From Gemmatimonadota bacterium (GTDB lineage: Bacteria; Gemmatimonadota; Gemmatimonadetes; Palauibacterales; Palauibacteraceae), in contig JAVVDU010000003.1 in the NCBI GenBank assembly GCA_032251515.1, positions 36,330 to 100,329 of the forward strand: DNA of 64,000 bases, given 5' to 3'. Below the pieces are notes generated by a model, which was not told where the DNA came from, did not search any database, and was given only the letters and a program-made list of their open reading frames with translations. Each line of letters opens with the position of its first letter. Positions within the stretch are counted from its first letter, which is position 1. Made by a program: the position numbers and the translations under genes. Of the stretch, positions 18,513 to 25,881 are shown piece by piece.

Positions 18513-19715
18513 ATGCCCGTCTATACGTACAGCGCCCGCACCGTCGCCGGCGACCTGCGCCGCGACGAGATCGACGTCCCGACCCGGAACGACGTCATCG
18601 CGTTCCTGCGGGCCCAGAAGCTCATCCCGGTGTCGGTGCGAGAGAAGCCCAAGGCGATCGGCTTCTCGCTGGGCCAGAAGAAGATCAAGAACCGCGACCT
18701 GGTGATCATGACGCGCCAGTTCGCCACGATGATCAACGCCGGCCTGCCGCTCGTCCAGGCGCTCGACATCCTCGTGAAGCAGTCCGAGGGGAAGCCGCTC
18801 GGAGCGACGCTCGGAGAGGTGCGGCACGACGTGGAGAGCGGCAACACGCTGGCCGATGCGCTCCGGCAGCACCCGAAGGTCTTCTCGTCCCTGTACGTGA
18901 ACATGGTGGCGGCCGGCGAGACGGGCGGTATCCTGGACACGATCCTGCTCCGCCTTTCGAGCTTCCTCGAAAAGAACGAGGCGCTCACCCGCAAGGTGAA
19001 GGGCGCCATGATCTATCCCGCCGTGATCGGCTTCGTGGCGGTCTCGGCGATCGTGATACTCCTGCTGTTCGTGATCCCCACGTTCCAGACGATGTTCGCC
19101 AGCTTCAACCAGGTGCTGCCCCTGCCGACCCGCATCGTGATCGGCATGTCCGAATTCCTGCAGTCGTACTGGTGGGCGCTGCTCGCCGGCGGGACGGGCG
19201 GCACCTTCCTGTTCCGGCGCTGGATCGCGACGCCGGGCGGGCGGCTCGTGTTCGATCGGTCGCTCCTGCGCGTCCCGATCCTCGGTCCCCTGGCGCGGAA
19301 GTCCGCCGTGGCGCGCTTCACGCGCACCCTGGGTACGCTCCTGAGCTCGGGCGTGGCGATCCTCGAAGGCCTCGAGATCACGGCGCGGACCTCCGGGAAC
19401 CGGGTGATCCACGACGCGATCATGAAGAGCCGCAGCTCCATCGCGGGCGGCGAATCGATCTCGCGGCCCCTGCAGGAGTCGGGCGTGTTCCCGCCCATGG
19501 TCACGCAGATGATCAACGTGGGCGAGGAGACGGGAGACCTGGACGGGATGCTCTCCAAGGTCGCCGACTTCTACGACGAAGAGGTGGACGTGGCGGTGGA
19601 GTCTCTGCTCAAGGCCATGGAGCCGGCCATGATCGTGATCCTCGGCACCGTGGTCGGAGGCATGATCGTGGCCATGTATCTGCCGATCTTCGGCATGATC
19701 AACACCATCCAGTAG
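18513..19715 (+). CDS. pilC: Type IV pilus inner-membrane platform protein PilC (GspF family)
   Basis: 400 aa with two T2SSF repeats (MTRQFATMINAGLPLVQAL...; FTRTLGTLLSSGVAILEGL...) and the conserved end MIVILGTVVGGMIVAMYLPIF. Confidence 0.9.
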   Translation: MPVYTYSARTVAGDLRRDEIDVPTRNDVIAFLRAQKLIPVSVREKPKAIGFSLGQKKIKNRDLVIMTRQFATMINAGLPLVQALDILVKQSEGKPLGATLGEVRHDVESGNTLADALRQHPKVFSSLYVNMVAAGETGGILDTILLRLSSFLEKNEALTRKVKGAMIYPAVIGFVAVSAIVILLLFVIPTFQTMFASFNQVLPLPTRIVIGMSEFLQSYWWALLAGGTGGTFLFRRWIATPGGRLVFDRSLLRVPILGPLARKSAVARFTRTLGTLLSSGVAILEGLEITARTSGNRVIHDAIMKSRSSIAGGESISRPLQESGVFPPMVTQMINVGEETGDLDGMLSKVADFYDEEVDVAVESLLKAMEPAMIVILGTVVGGMIVAMYLPIFGMINTIQ

Positions 19716-19752
19716 AGGAGGCGGCGGTCCGGAAGCGGCCCCCGGGACCGGC

Positions 19753-20160
19753 ATGAAGGAACGGACAGGACTCATCGGAATGCGGGAATCCGAGCTGACG
19801 GCGCGGCTCGGGGCCCCGGTCTCCCGGCGTTCGGCCGGCGGCGACGTGTGGCTCGTCTACACGTCGGGCGACCTGTCGCTGCGTGTCCGTTGCGAATCTC
19901 CGGACGCGGGCGAGCCGCGCGTGGCCTCCTGGACCGCCAGCTTCGACCCCGGCTTCGAGACCCTGTCGGATGCCGCGCGCGCCGTGGGGCTGTGGCCGGT
20001 CGCCGCGCCCGACGCCGCCGCGGCCGAGACGCACGTTCCCCTCCTGCGGCGTCCGCTGCCCTGCCCAGCCACCGGTACCGTGTGCTCGCTCACCGCGACG
20101 GTGCGGGCCGGCCGCGTGACCCAGATCTCCGTGTTCGACGAGGAGCCGGACTGGGGTTGA
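19753..20160 (+). CDS. Hypothetical protein embedded between pilC and pilS
   Basis: 135-aa ORF with coding-like high third-position GC. I see no signal peptide and no family I can name. LIGMRESELTARLGAP is reminiscent of small BamE/SmpA-like folds, but that resemblance is weak. Confidence 0.5.
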   Translation: MKERTGLIGMRESELTARLGAPVSRRSAGGDVWLVYTSGDLSLRVRCESPDAGEPRVASWTASFDPGFETLSDAARAVGLWPVAAPDAAAAETHVPLLRRPLPCPATGTVCSLTATVRAGRVTQISVFDEEPDWG

Positions 20161-20171
20161 CCCGCCGGGTC

Positions 20172-20199
20172 TTGCATCCTGCAATAACCGGTCTATCAT
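20172..20199 (+). promoter_or_regulatory. Candidate sigma-70-type promoter for pilS (TTGCAT-16-TATCAT)
   Basis: AT-rich island cttgcatcctgcaataaccggtctatcata in a GC-rich intergenic region. An 8-bp GC hairpin (GCCGGCGG/CCGCCGGC, about 20205-20229) follows. Confidence 0.35.
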
Positions 20200-20292
20200 A
20201 GCACCGGCCGGCGGGCGATCCGCCGGCATCGCGCGCGGCGAGCCGGACGGCCCTCCGCGTCGACGCTCCTGCAGAGCGGAGATCCGCGCCGG

Positions 20293-22080
20293 GTGCTCCG
20301 AAACCTGAATACCGAGCGGAGACTGGCGGTGGCCCTCGAGCCGCTCCAGGTGCTCTATGGCCTCTACGCCGCGCGACTGTTCGTCGCGCTCGGCGTCTTC
20401 GTCCCGGCCCTGCTCATCACCGACTTCCTCGCGTCGCAGGGCGCGGCGTCCGACCATTTCGCGATCCACGCCGTCGCCATCGCCGGCCTCGCGGCCGCGG
20501 CCGTCTTCACGCCGCTGTCGTACTTCCTGAGTCACCACCGGCGCCGCTCCACCGGCCGGGCCTTCCTGCTGTCGCAGGCGATCCTGGACGTGGGACTCGC
20601 GAGCGCCGTCGTGCACATCACGGGTGGGCTCCAGAGCCCCTTCGTGTCCCTGTTCATCGGCCTCGCGGCCGCGTACGCCCTGCTCCTGCCGCTCGCCGCG
20701 GCGCTCGTCATCGCCGTCTCCGCCGGGCTCGTCCACGGGACGATCAACCTGGCGACGGCGGAGGCCGGCGCGAACCTGCCGGTGCTCGTCGTGCAGGTCG
20801 TCATCATCACCCTGGTGGCGGCGGCCACGAGCGTCATCGGCTCGCGTCTGCGCGCGGTGCGGAGTCAGCTCCGCACCGTCGAGGGGGAGCTGCGCCGCCT
20901 GGAGCTCGACACGGCGGACGTGTTGCGCATCATTCCCTCCGGCGTGGTGACGATCGACTCCGGCCGGCGGCTGGTGTACGCGAATCTCGCCGCCGCGGAG
21001 CTGCTCGGCATCGACGTGGAGGCGTCTCTCGGCCGGGACGTCGCCCCGCTGTTCGAGCGGCTCTCTCCCGAGCTGGCGATCGCCGTGGACGAGACCCTGC
21101 ACCTCGGCCGCCGGCTCCGGAACCGGGAGCTGGAGATCGTGCGGCCGACGGACGGCGACGATGCAGACGCCGGGGATGGCGTGCCGCTGGCCGTGAGCTC
21201 TTCGGTGCTGACGGCCTCGGGAAAGGACCGCTCCTACGTCCTCCTGATGCAGGACCTGCGGCCGGGGCGGCAGCTCGAGGACCTGCGCCTGCGCGCCGGA
21301 CGGCTGGGCGCGGTGGCGGAGCTGTCGGCCTCTCTCGCCCACGAGCTGAAGAACCCCCTCGCCTCGATCCGCAGCGCCGCCGAGCAGTTGTGCGGCAGGG
21401 GCTTCGAGGACGAGGACGATGGGATCCTGGGTCGGCTGATCGTGCGCGAGAGCGACCGGCTGAACCTCATCCTCGGCGAGTTCGGCGACTTCGCGCGCGT
21501 CGACGTCGCGGAACGCCGTCCCGTGCCGCTGGACCGCCTGATCCCGGAGGTCCTGGAGACGGTGGGCCGGCACCCGGCCGCGGCGGGACGGGCACGCCTC
21601 GAGAGCGAGTTCCTGGACGATGCCGGCGGCCTGTGGGGCGACCCCGAGCTGCTGCGGCGCGTGCTCCAGAACCTGGTGCTCAACGCCGTGCAGGTGGGCG
21701 AAGCGGACGGCCCTGTGCACGTGCGCGTGGTCACCGATTCGCTGCGCCCCGACCTCGTGCCGGGCGAGATCTCGCTCGGCAACCCCGTGCGGATCCGCGT
21801 GATCGACGACGGGCCGGGCATCGACCCGGAGGACCTGCCGCGCATCTTCGATCCATTCTACACGCGGCGCCCCGGCGGCAGCGGCCTCGGCCTGTCGATC
21901 GCGCACCGGGCCGTGCAGGCGCACGGCGGGGCCCTGCTGGTGAACTCGGAACCGGGACGCGGCGCCTGCTTCGCGGTGGTGCTGCCGCGCCGCGGCGGCC
22001 GGGACCGGCTGCCCGCGGACGAAGATCGGCGCGTCAGGGAGCTCGAAGCGCTCGAGGCGGCGGGGCCCGGGGAGGGCTGA
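20293..22080 (+). CDS. pilS: PilS-like membrane sensor histidine kinase
   Basis: Multi-TM N-terminal region, PAS-like segment, HisKA H-box SLAHELKNPLASIRSAAEQL, and HATPase N/G boxes (NLVLNAVQV, DDGPGI, GGSGLGLSI). Sits directly upstream of the pilR-like gene. Confidence 0.8.
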   Translation: MLRNLNTERRLAVALEPLQVLYGLYAARLFVALGVFVPALLITDFLASQGAASDHFAIHAVAIAGLAAAAVFTPLSYFLSHHRRRSTGRAFLLSQAILDVGLASAVVHITGGLQSPFVSLFIGLAAAYALLLPLAAALVIAVSAGLVHGTINLATAEAGANLPVLVVQVVIITLVAAATSVIGSRLRAVRSQLRTVEGELRRLELDTADVLRIIPSGVVTIDSGRRLVYANLAAAELLGIDVEASLGRDVAPLFERLSPELAIAVDETLHLGRRLRNRELEIVRPTDGDDADAGDGVPLAVSSSVLTASGKDRSYVLLMQDLRPGRQLEDLRLRAGRLGAVAELSASLAHELKNPLASIRSAAEQLCGRGFEDEDDGILGRLIVRESDRLNLILGEFGDFARVDVAERRPVPLDRLIPEVLETVGRHPAAAGRARLESEFLDDAGGLWGDPELLRRVLQNLVLNAVQVGEADGPVHVRVVTDSLRPDLVPGEISLGNPVRIRVIDDGPGIDPEDLPRIFDPFYTRRPGGSGLGLSIAHRAVQAHGGALLVNSEPGRGACFAVVLPRRGGRDRLPADEDRRVRELEALEAAGPGEG

Positions 22081-22108
22081 ACGGGACCGGCTGAACGGGA
22101 CCGGCTGA
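22076..22108 (+). repeat. 14-bp tandem direct repeat (GCTGAACGGGACCG x2 plus a partial third copy) starting at the pilS stop codon
   Basis: Read directly: gctgaacgggaccg gctgaacgggaccg gctga. The first copy contains the pilS TGA (22078-22080). Confidence 0.85.
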
Positions 22109-22120
22109 GACCGACCGACC

Positions 22121-22144
22121 GGAGGGGCCCCGCCCCTCCGTTTC
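22121..22144 (+). terminator. GC hairpin (8-bp stem GGAGGGGC/GCCCCTCC, 3-nt loop) followed by GTTTC, between pilS and pilR
   Basis: Perfect inverted repeat at 22121-22139 with a short T-run after it. It could act as a weak intrinsic terminator or attenuator 14 nt before the pilR ATG. Confidence 0.4.
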
Positions 22145-22157
22145 ACGCGAGACGAGG

Positions 22158-23525
22158 ATGACCATGCGAGACAAGCCGCTGCTGCTTCTCATCGACGACC
22201 AGCAGGCCCTGGTCGAGAACCTCACCGTCCTGCTCAAGCGCGAGGGCTTCGACGTGATCTCGGAGCTGACCGGGGCGGACGGCCTCGAGCGGTTCAAGGA
22301 CGAGCAGCCCGACATCGTCCTCTCGGACGTGCGGATGCCGAAGGTGACGGGCATCGACGTGCTGGAGGAGATCCGCCGCTCGAATCCCGACACGCCGGTC
22401 GTGCTGATGACGGCGCAGGCCTCCCTGCAGTCGGCCATCCAGGCCGTGAACCTCGGCGCCACGCACTACGTGCAGAAGCCGTTCAAGAACGACGAGCTGC
22501 TGGCCGTGCTGCACCGATCCCTGGACTGGGGCCGGCTCAAGAAGGAGAACACCGGGCTCAAGCGCGAGCTCAAGAAGCAGCAGACCCTCAAGGTCGGGAA
22601 GCCGATCGGGATCAGCGATTCTTTCCGCGACGCGCTGGAGCTGGCCGAGAACGTGGCGGACAGCGAGTCCACCATCCTGATCGGCGGCGAGAGCGGCACC
22701 GGCAAGGAGGTGTTCGCCCGCTACATCCACGACCTGTCGCCGCGCTCCAGCCGGCGCTTCCTGTCGCTGAACTGCGGCGCCCTGCCCGAGGGCCTCCTGG
22801 AATCGGAGCTGTTCGGCCACGTGAAGGGGAGCTTCACCGGCGCCGTGAAGGACAAGGAGGGCCTGTTCGTGGCCGCCTCCGGCGGGACCTTCTTCCTGGA
22901 CGAGGTGGGAGAGATGGCGCCCTCCACCCAGGTGAAGCTCCTGCGGGTCCTGCAGCAGCGCGAGGTGATCCCCGTGGGGTCCACCGACCCGATCCCGGTC
23001 GACGTGCGCCTCATCGCGGCCACCAACCGGAACCTCGAGCGGGACATCGAGGAGGGCCGCTTCCGGCGCGACCTGTACTACCGCCTGAACGTGATCTCCC
23101 TCGAGCTGCCGCCGCTCCGCGAGCGCGCCGACGACGTCCCGCTCCTCGCCGAGCACTTCCTGGCCCGGCAGGCCGGCGACGGCGAGCCGAAGCGGCTGGC
23201 GCCGAAGGCCCTGGAGGTCCTGCAGGGCTACCCGTGGCCCGGCAACGTCCGCGAGCTGGAGAACGTGATCGAGCGCGCCGTGGTCCTGACGGCCGGCGGC
23301 ACGATCAAGCCCGATGTCCTGCCCGACCGCCTGCGGGAGGCGCCGGCCGAGCCCCTGGTGCAGGACCGGCCGCCCGCCAACCCGGCCCTCGAGATCATCG
23401 AACGGGCCTACATCGCGCACGTCCTGAAGGCGGAGAGCGGCAACAAGACGCGCGCCGCCGAGGTGCTGGGGATCGACCCGAGCACCCTGTACCGCAAGAT
23501 CAAGCGGTACGACCTGGAGGGGTGA
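22158..23525 (+). CDS. pilR: Sigma-54-dependent response regulator PilR (NtrC family)
   Basis: Intact receiver domain (LLLIDDQ, phospho-acceptor context [13 protein letters not shown]), AAA+ sigma-54 activation domain ([24 protein letters not shown]) and a C-terminal Fis-type HTH ([23 protein letters not shown]). Confidence 0.85.
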   Translation: MTMRDKPLLLLIDDQQALVENLTVLLKREGFDVISELTGADGLERFKDEQPDIVLSDVRMPKVTGIDVLEEIRRSNPDTPVVLMTAQASLQSAIQAVNLGATHYVQKPFKNDELLAVLHRSLDWGRLKKENTGLKRELKKQQTLKVGKPIGISDSFRDALELAENVADSESTILIGGESGTGKEVFARYIHDLSPRSSRRFLSLNCGALPEGLLESELFGHVKGSFTGAVKDKEGLFVAASGGTFFLDEVGEMAPSTQVKLLRVLQQREVIPVGSTDPIPVDVRLIAATNRNLERDIEEGRFRRDLYYRLNVISLELPPLRERADDVPLLAEHFLARQAGDGEPKRLAPKALEVLQGYPWPGNVRELENVIERAVVLTAGGTIKPDVLPDRLREAPAEPLVQDRPPANPALEIIERAYIAHVLKAESGNKTRAAEVLGIDPSTLYRKIKRYDLEG

Positions 23526-23635
23526 AGCGCGCCGGCACCGGCCGCGGCCGCGGGGGCCCGGCGCCCCGGAGTCCCCGCAGGCGCCGAGGCGTCCCGGAAT
23601 CCGACTCGCAACTTCTTGCAGAGGGAGGATATCTC

Positions 23636-23648
23636 TTGCACGGTGCAA
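23636..23648. promoter_or_regulatory. Perfect 13-bp palindrome TTGCAC-G-GTGCAA; candidate enhancer (UAS) for PilR
   Basis: Centred about 95 bp upstream of the sigma-54 -24 element. Related half-sites lie nearby: GCAActtcTTGCA at 23608-23620 and TTGCgtaaGCA at about 23690-23700. Confidence 0.35.
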
Positions 23649-23736
23649 CGGTGCGCGGTCGGGCGCCACGCGCGGGCCGTGGCGGCCTGTTGCGTAAGCA
23701 TCGTTCTTACAGCCGGTTGAGATCCTGGTGAGCGTG

Positions 23737-23752
23737 GGGCACGAGGGTTGCT
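23737..23752 (+). promoter_or_regulatory. Sigma-54 (-24/-12) promoter for pilA: gGGCACG-N4-TTGCT
   Basis: The sequence ggggcacgagggttgct matches the consensus TGGCACG-N4-TTGCW at all positions except the first T. It lies about 94 nt upstream of the pilA ATG and immediately downstream of the sigma-54 activator gene pilR. Confidence 0.6.
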
Positions 23753-23845
23753 GGCACCCCGGCACAGGAGGCGATGCCTCCAACGTCGACCGACCAGCAC
23801 ACAGGGACAGCGATCGACGCGGCCCCGCAAACCCAGGGAGGTATC

Positions 23846-24253
23846 ATGCTCCGCCACACCATCCGCGACGCCGTACGCGACAAGAAGGGCTTCACCCTGA
23901 TCGAACTGCTCATCGTGGTCGTGATCATCGGCATCCTCGCCGCGATCGCGATCCCGCAGTTCGCCAGCACGAAGGGGAAGGCGTTCGACGCGACGGCGAA
24001 GAGCGATCTGCGGAACCTGATGTCCGCGCAGGAGGCGTATTACGCGGACAATCAGACGTACGGCACGTTGGCGAACCTGACTACCGGCAACGCGTTCGTT
24101 CCGAGCCCGTCCGTGACCGTTGCCGTAACGGCGAACACCGCTGCTGCCTACGAGGCGACGGCGACCCACTCGGGCAGCACAAAGACCTATTGCGTCAACA
24201 CGGACCAGGCGGCGACCGCACCCGGCAAGATCGTCGAGGGAGCCGACTGCTGA
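23846..24253 (+). CDS. pilA: Type IVa major pilin
   Basis: ATG at 23846 with GGGAGG at 23836-23841. Prepilin leader MLRHTIRDAVRDKKG, then the cleavage/methylation motif FTLIELLIVVVIIGILAAIAIPQF. C-terminal Cys pair (YCVNTDQAATAPGKIVEGADC) forms a D-region-like loop. GC is lower than in neighbouring genes. Confidence 0.85.
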   Translation: MLRHTIRDAVRDKKGFTLIELLIVVVIIGILAAIAIPQFASTKGKAFDATAKSDLRNLMSAQEAYYADNQTYGTLANLTTGNAFVPSPSVTVAVTANTAAAYEATATHSGSTKTYCVNTDQAATAPGKIVEGADC

Positions 24254-24309
24254 GTTGACCTCGCGCCGTGATGGCCGTCGCGCGGCGGCCTGAGTCCGCG
24301 GCTCGGTGG

Positions 24310-24349
24310 GCGACGGGCGGGATGACCGAAGGGTCGTCCCGCCCGTCGC
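24310..24349 (+). terminator. Strong stem-loop downstream of pilA (18-bp stem with one G-U pair, GAAG loop), no U-tract
   Basis: gcgacgggcgggatgacc-gaag-ggtcgtcccgcccgtcgc, read and paired by hand. It starts 57 nt after the pilA stop. Confidence 0.55.
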
Positions 24350-24376
24350 AACATCGGGCAGAGGGAGACGGCCCCG

Positions 24377-24637
24377 GTGTTCCCCGTGGCAGGTCGCACG
24401 AGCTGCGGCCCATGTCCTTACTGGGTCGGGGGGCCACGCGGAGGTGAGGTGAACGGGAACAGCGGGAAATCCGAGAAGCGGGGCAGGATCAGCGCTGGGG
24501 ATCGCGGGAGACCTATTCTCGCAGTCATCGCCTTCGCCCTGGCGTTGATCTGGGTCGTCCCCGAGCTCGACCAGGTGGGCGTCACCTGGGACGAGCCGGA
24601 GTACTTCGCGTCGGCGGTGCGGATCCAAGACTCTTAA
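24377..24637 (+). pseudogene. Short ORF resembling only the first TM helix and first loop of a GT-C fold glycosyltransferase; possible truncated remnant
   Basis: GTG at 24449 (GGAGGTGAG upstream) gives ...RPILAVIAFALALIWVVPELDQVGVTWDEPEYFASAVRIQDS*. The TM helix followed by W-DE-x-x-Y resembles the first periplasmic loop of ArnT/PMT-type enzymes. The ORF ends abruptly in an atypically low-GC stretch (ggatccaagactcttaagg). Confidence 0.25.
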
Positions 24638-24753
24638 GGCCATCTGGCTATCCCCACCGTTGACCCCCCGTTGATCCGCGCCCCCCACCTGAAGCCCGCG
24701 CCGGCCGGAATCTCCCGGCCCGGCCGCGGGTCACGGCAACGGGGGAGGGCGGC

Positions 24754-25203
24754 ATGCGCCACGCGCTCGTCAGGTCGCCGGCGGGCTTCACGCTCGTCGA
24801 GATGCTCATCGCGCTCGTGGTGGCGGGAACGCTCGTCGCCATCGCGGTGCCGCCCCTGGTCCGGCTGCGCTCCGCCGCCACCCTGAACGGCGCGGCGGAC
24901 GCGGTGGCCCGGCAGCTCGCCCTCGGCCGGAACCTCGCGATCGCCCGTCGGGAGCCGGTCCGCCTGCGCGCCGGGCCGGCCGGGACCGAGCTGCACGACC
25001 CGGAGGGAAACGTGCTCGTGGCCTTGCGGCTCGGCCGCGGCGAGGAGCTGCCGATCGACTCGCTGCGCGTCCGTCCGGCGGCGATCCGGTTCAACGAGCG
25101 AGGCCAGGCCGGGGCCGGAAGCGTGTACCTGTGGAAGGACGACAGGGGAGTGCGCCTGGTCTGCAACTTCCTCGGGCGGGTCCGCCGGGAGAGCCTGCCA
25201 TGA
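24754..25203 (+). CDS. Minor pilin / pseudopilin, GspH-FimT-like
   Basis: Prepilin motif MRHALVRSPAG-FTLVEMLIALVVAGTLVAIAVP. The length and the segment AADAVARQLALGRNLAIARREPV resemble FimT/GspH-family proteins. Confidence 0.75.
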   Translation: MRHALVRSPAGFTLVEMLIALVVAGTLVAIAVPPLVRLRSAATLNGAADAVARQLALGRNLAIARREPVRLRAGPAGTELHDPEGNVLVALRLGRGEELPIDSLRVRPAAIRFNERGQAGAGSVYLWKDDRGVRLVCNFLGRVRRESLP

Positions 25204-25685
25204 CGCGGCGGCCGCGGGAATCCGCCCCGGATCGAACCCCGTGCTGCGAGGAGTCCGGCGTTCTGCACGCCCGCCCGCGGGTGCCGTGTGCCTCCCGAAC
25301 CGGCGGGGGCGCGGTCGGGGAACGGTCCGGTACCGGCGGACCGACCCGCGGCGCCACCCTGGTCGAACTTCTCATCTCCCTGTCGATACTGACGATCGGC
25401 GTGCTCGCAGCAGCGACGGTGATCTCGACCGGCCGGCGGCAGGCCGAATCCGCGGCGCGGCGCGGCGCCGAAGCGCTGGCGGCACGGCAGGTGCTCGAAC
25501 ATCTGCTCGTGGAGTCGCCCGGTTCGACGGCGGAAGCGGGCGAAGTGGACATCGGCGGACGCCGCGTGCGGGTGGTCGTCGACACGATGCCGGACGCCGG
25601 CGGGCTCCGCCGGCTGCGGGCGCGGGCGCGAATGGGAGAGGCGGCGACGGACTGGCCAGTCGAGGTTCTCGTGCCGTCACCGTGA
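25200..25685 (+). CDS. Minor pilin-like protein (PilV-like) with an atypically long leader
   Basis: Contains ...TRG-ATLVELLISLSILTIGVLAAATVI (Glu at +5 present, Ala rather than Phe at +1). The ATG at 25200 overlaps the upstream stop (ATGA). An alternative GTG at 25281 would shorten the leader. Confidence 0.6.
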   Translation: MTRRPRESAPDRTPCCEESGVLHARPRVPCASRTGGGAVGERSGTGGPTRGATLVELLISLSILTIGVLAAATVISTGRRQAESAARRGAEALAARQVLEHLLVESPGSTAEAGEVDIGGRRVRVVVDTMPDAGGLRRLRARARMGEAATDWPVEVLVPSP

Positions 25686-25798
25686 CTCGCGACGCGGGTG
25701 CCGCCCGTTGCGGGCGCCGCGCCGAGCGGCTTTCTTGTCGGGGAGCCGGCGGCGCGGGGGCCCCACCATGCCGGCGACTGAGGTCGCGGCGGCGTCGT

Positions 25799-25827
25799 TT
25801 GACAGCCTCCGGGAGCGAATCTACAAT
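25799..25827 (+). promoter_or_regulatory. Near-perfect sigma-70 promoter TTGACA-17 nt-TACAAT upstream of pilM
   Basis: -35 TTGACA at 25799-25804, exact 17-nt spacer, -10 TACAAT at 25822-25827, about 55 nt before the pilM ATG (25882). Such a match is unlikely by chance in DNA of about 70% GC. Confidence 0.55.
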
Positions 25828-25881
25828 GTGGACTACCTGCCACACTGAGGCCAACCTCAACCGGGCGAGCGGCTTGGCGGT

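Noticed and set aside
14624-22146. Long minus-strand ORFs (14624..17644, 17274..19775, 19699..22146) antisense to comEA/pilB/pilT/pilC/pilS.
   Set aside because: Their translations are dominated by R/G/P/H/D/E runs with no recognisable domains. The plus-strand frames encode textbook pilus proteins with Walker motifs. These are GC artefacts.
23752-23768. A second TGGCAC (ctggcaccccggcacagg) right after the pilA sigma-54 promoter.
   Set aside because: There is no TTGC-like -12 element at the correct spacing. It is probably coincidental, or part of the same promoter context.
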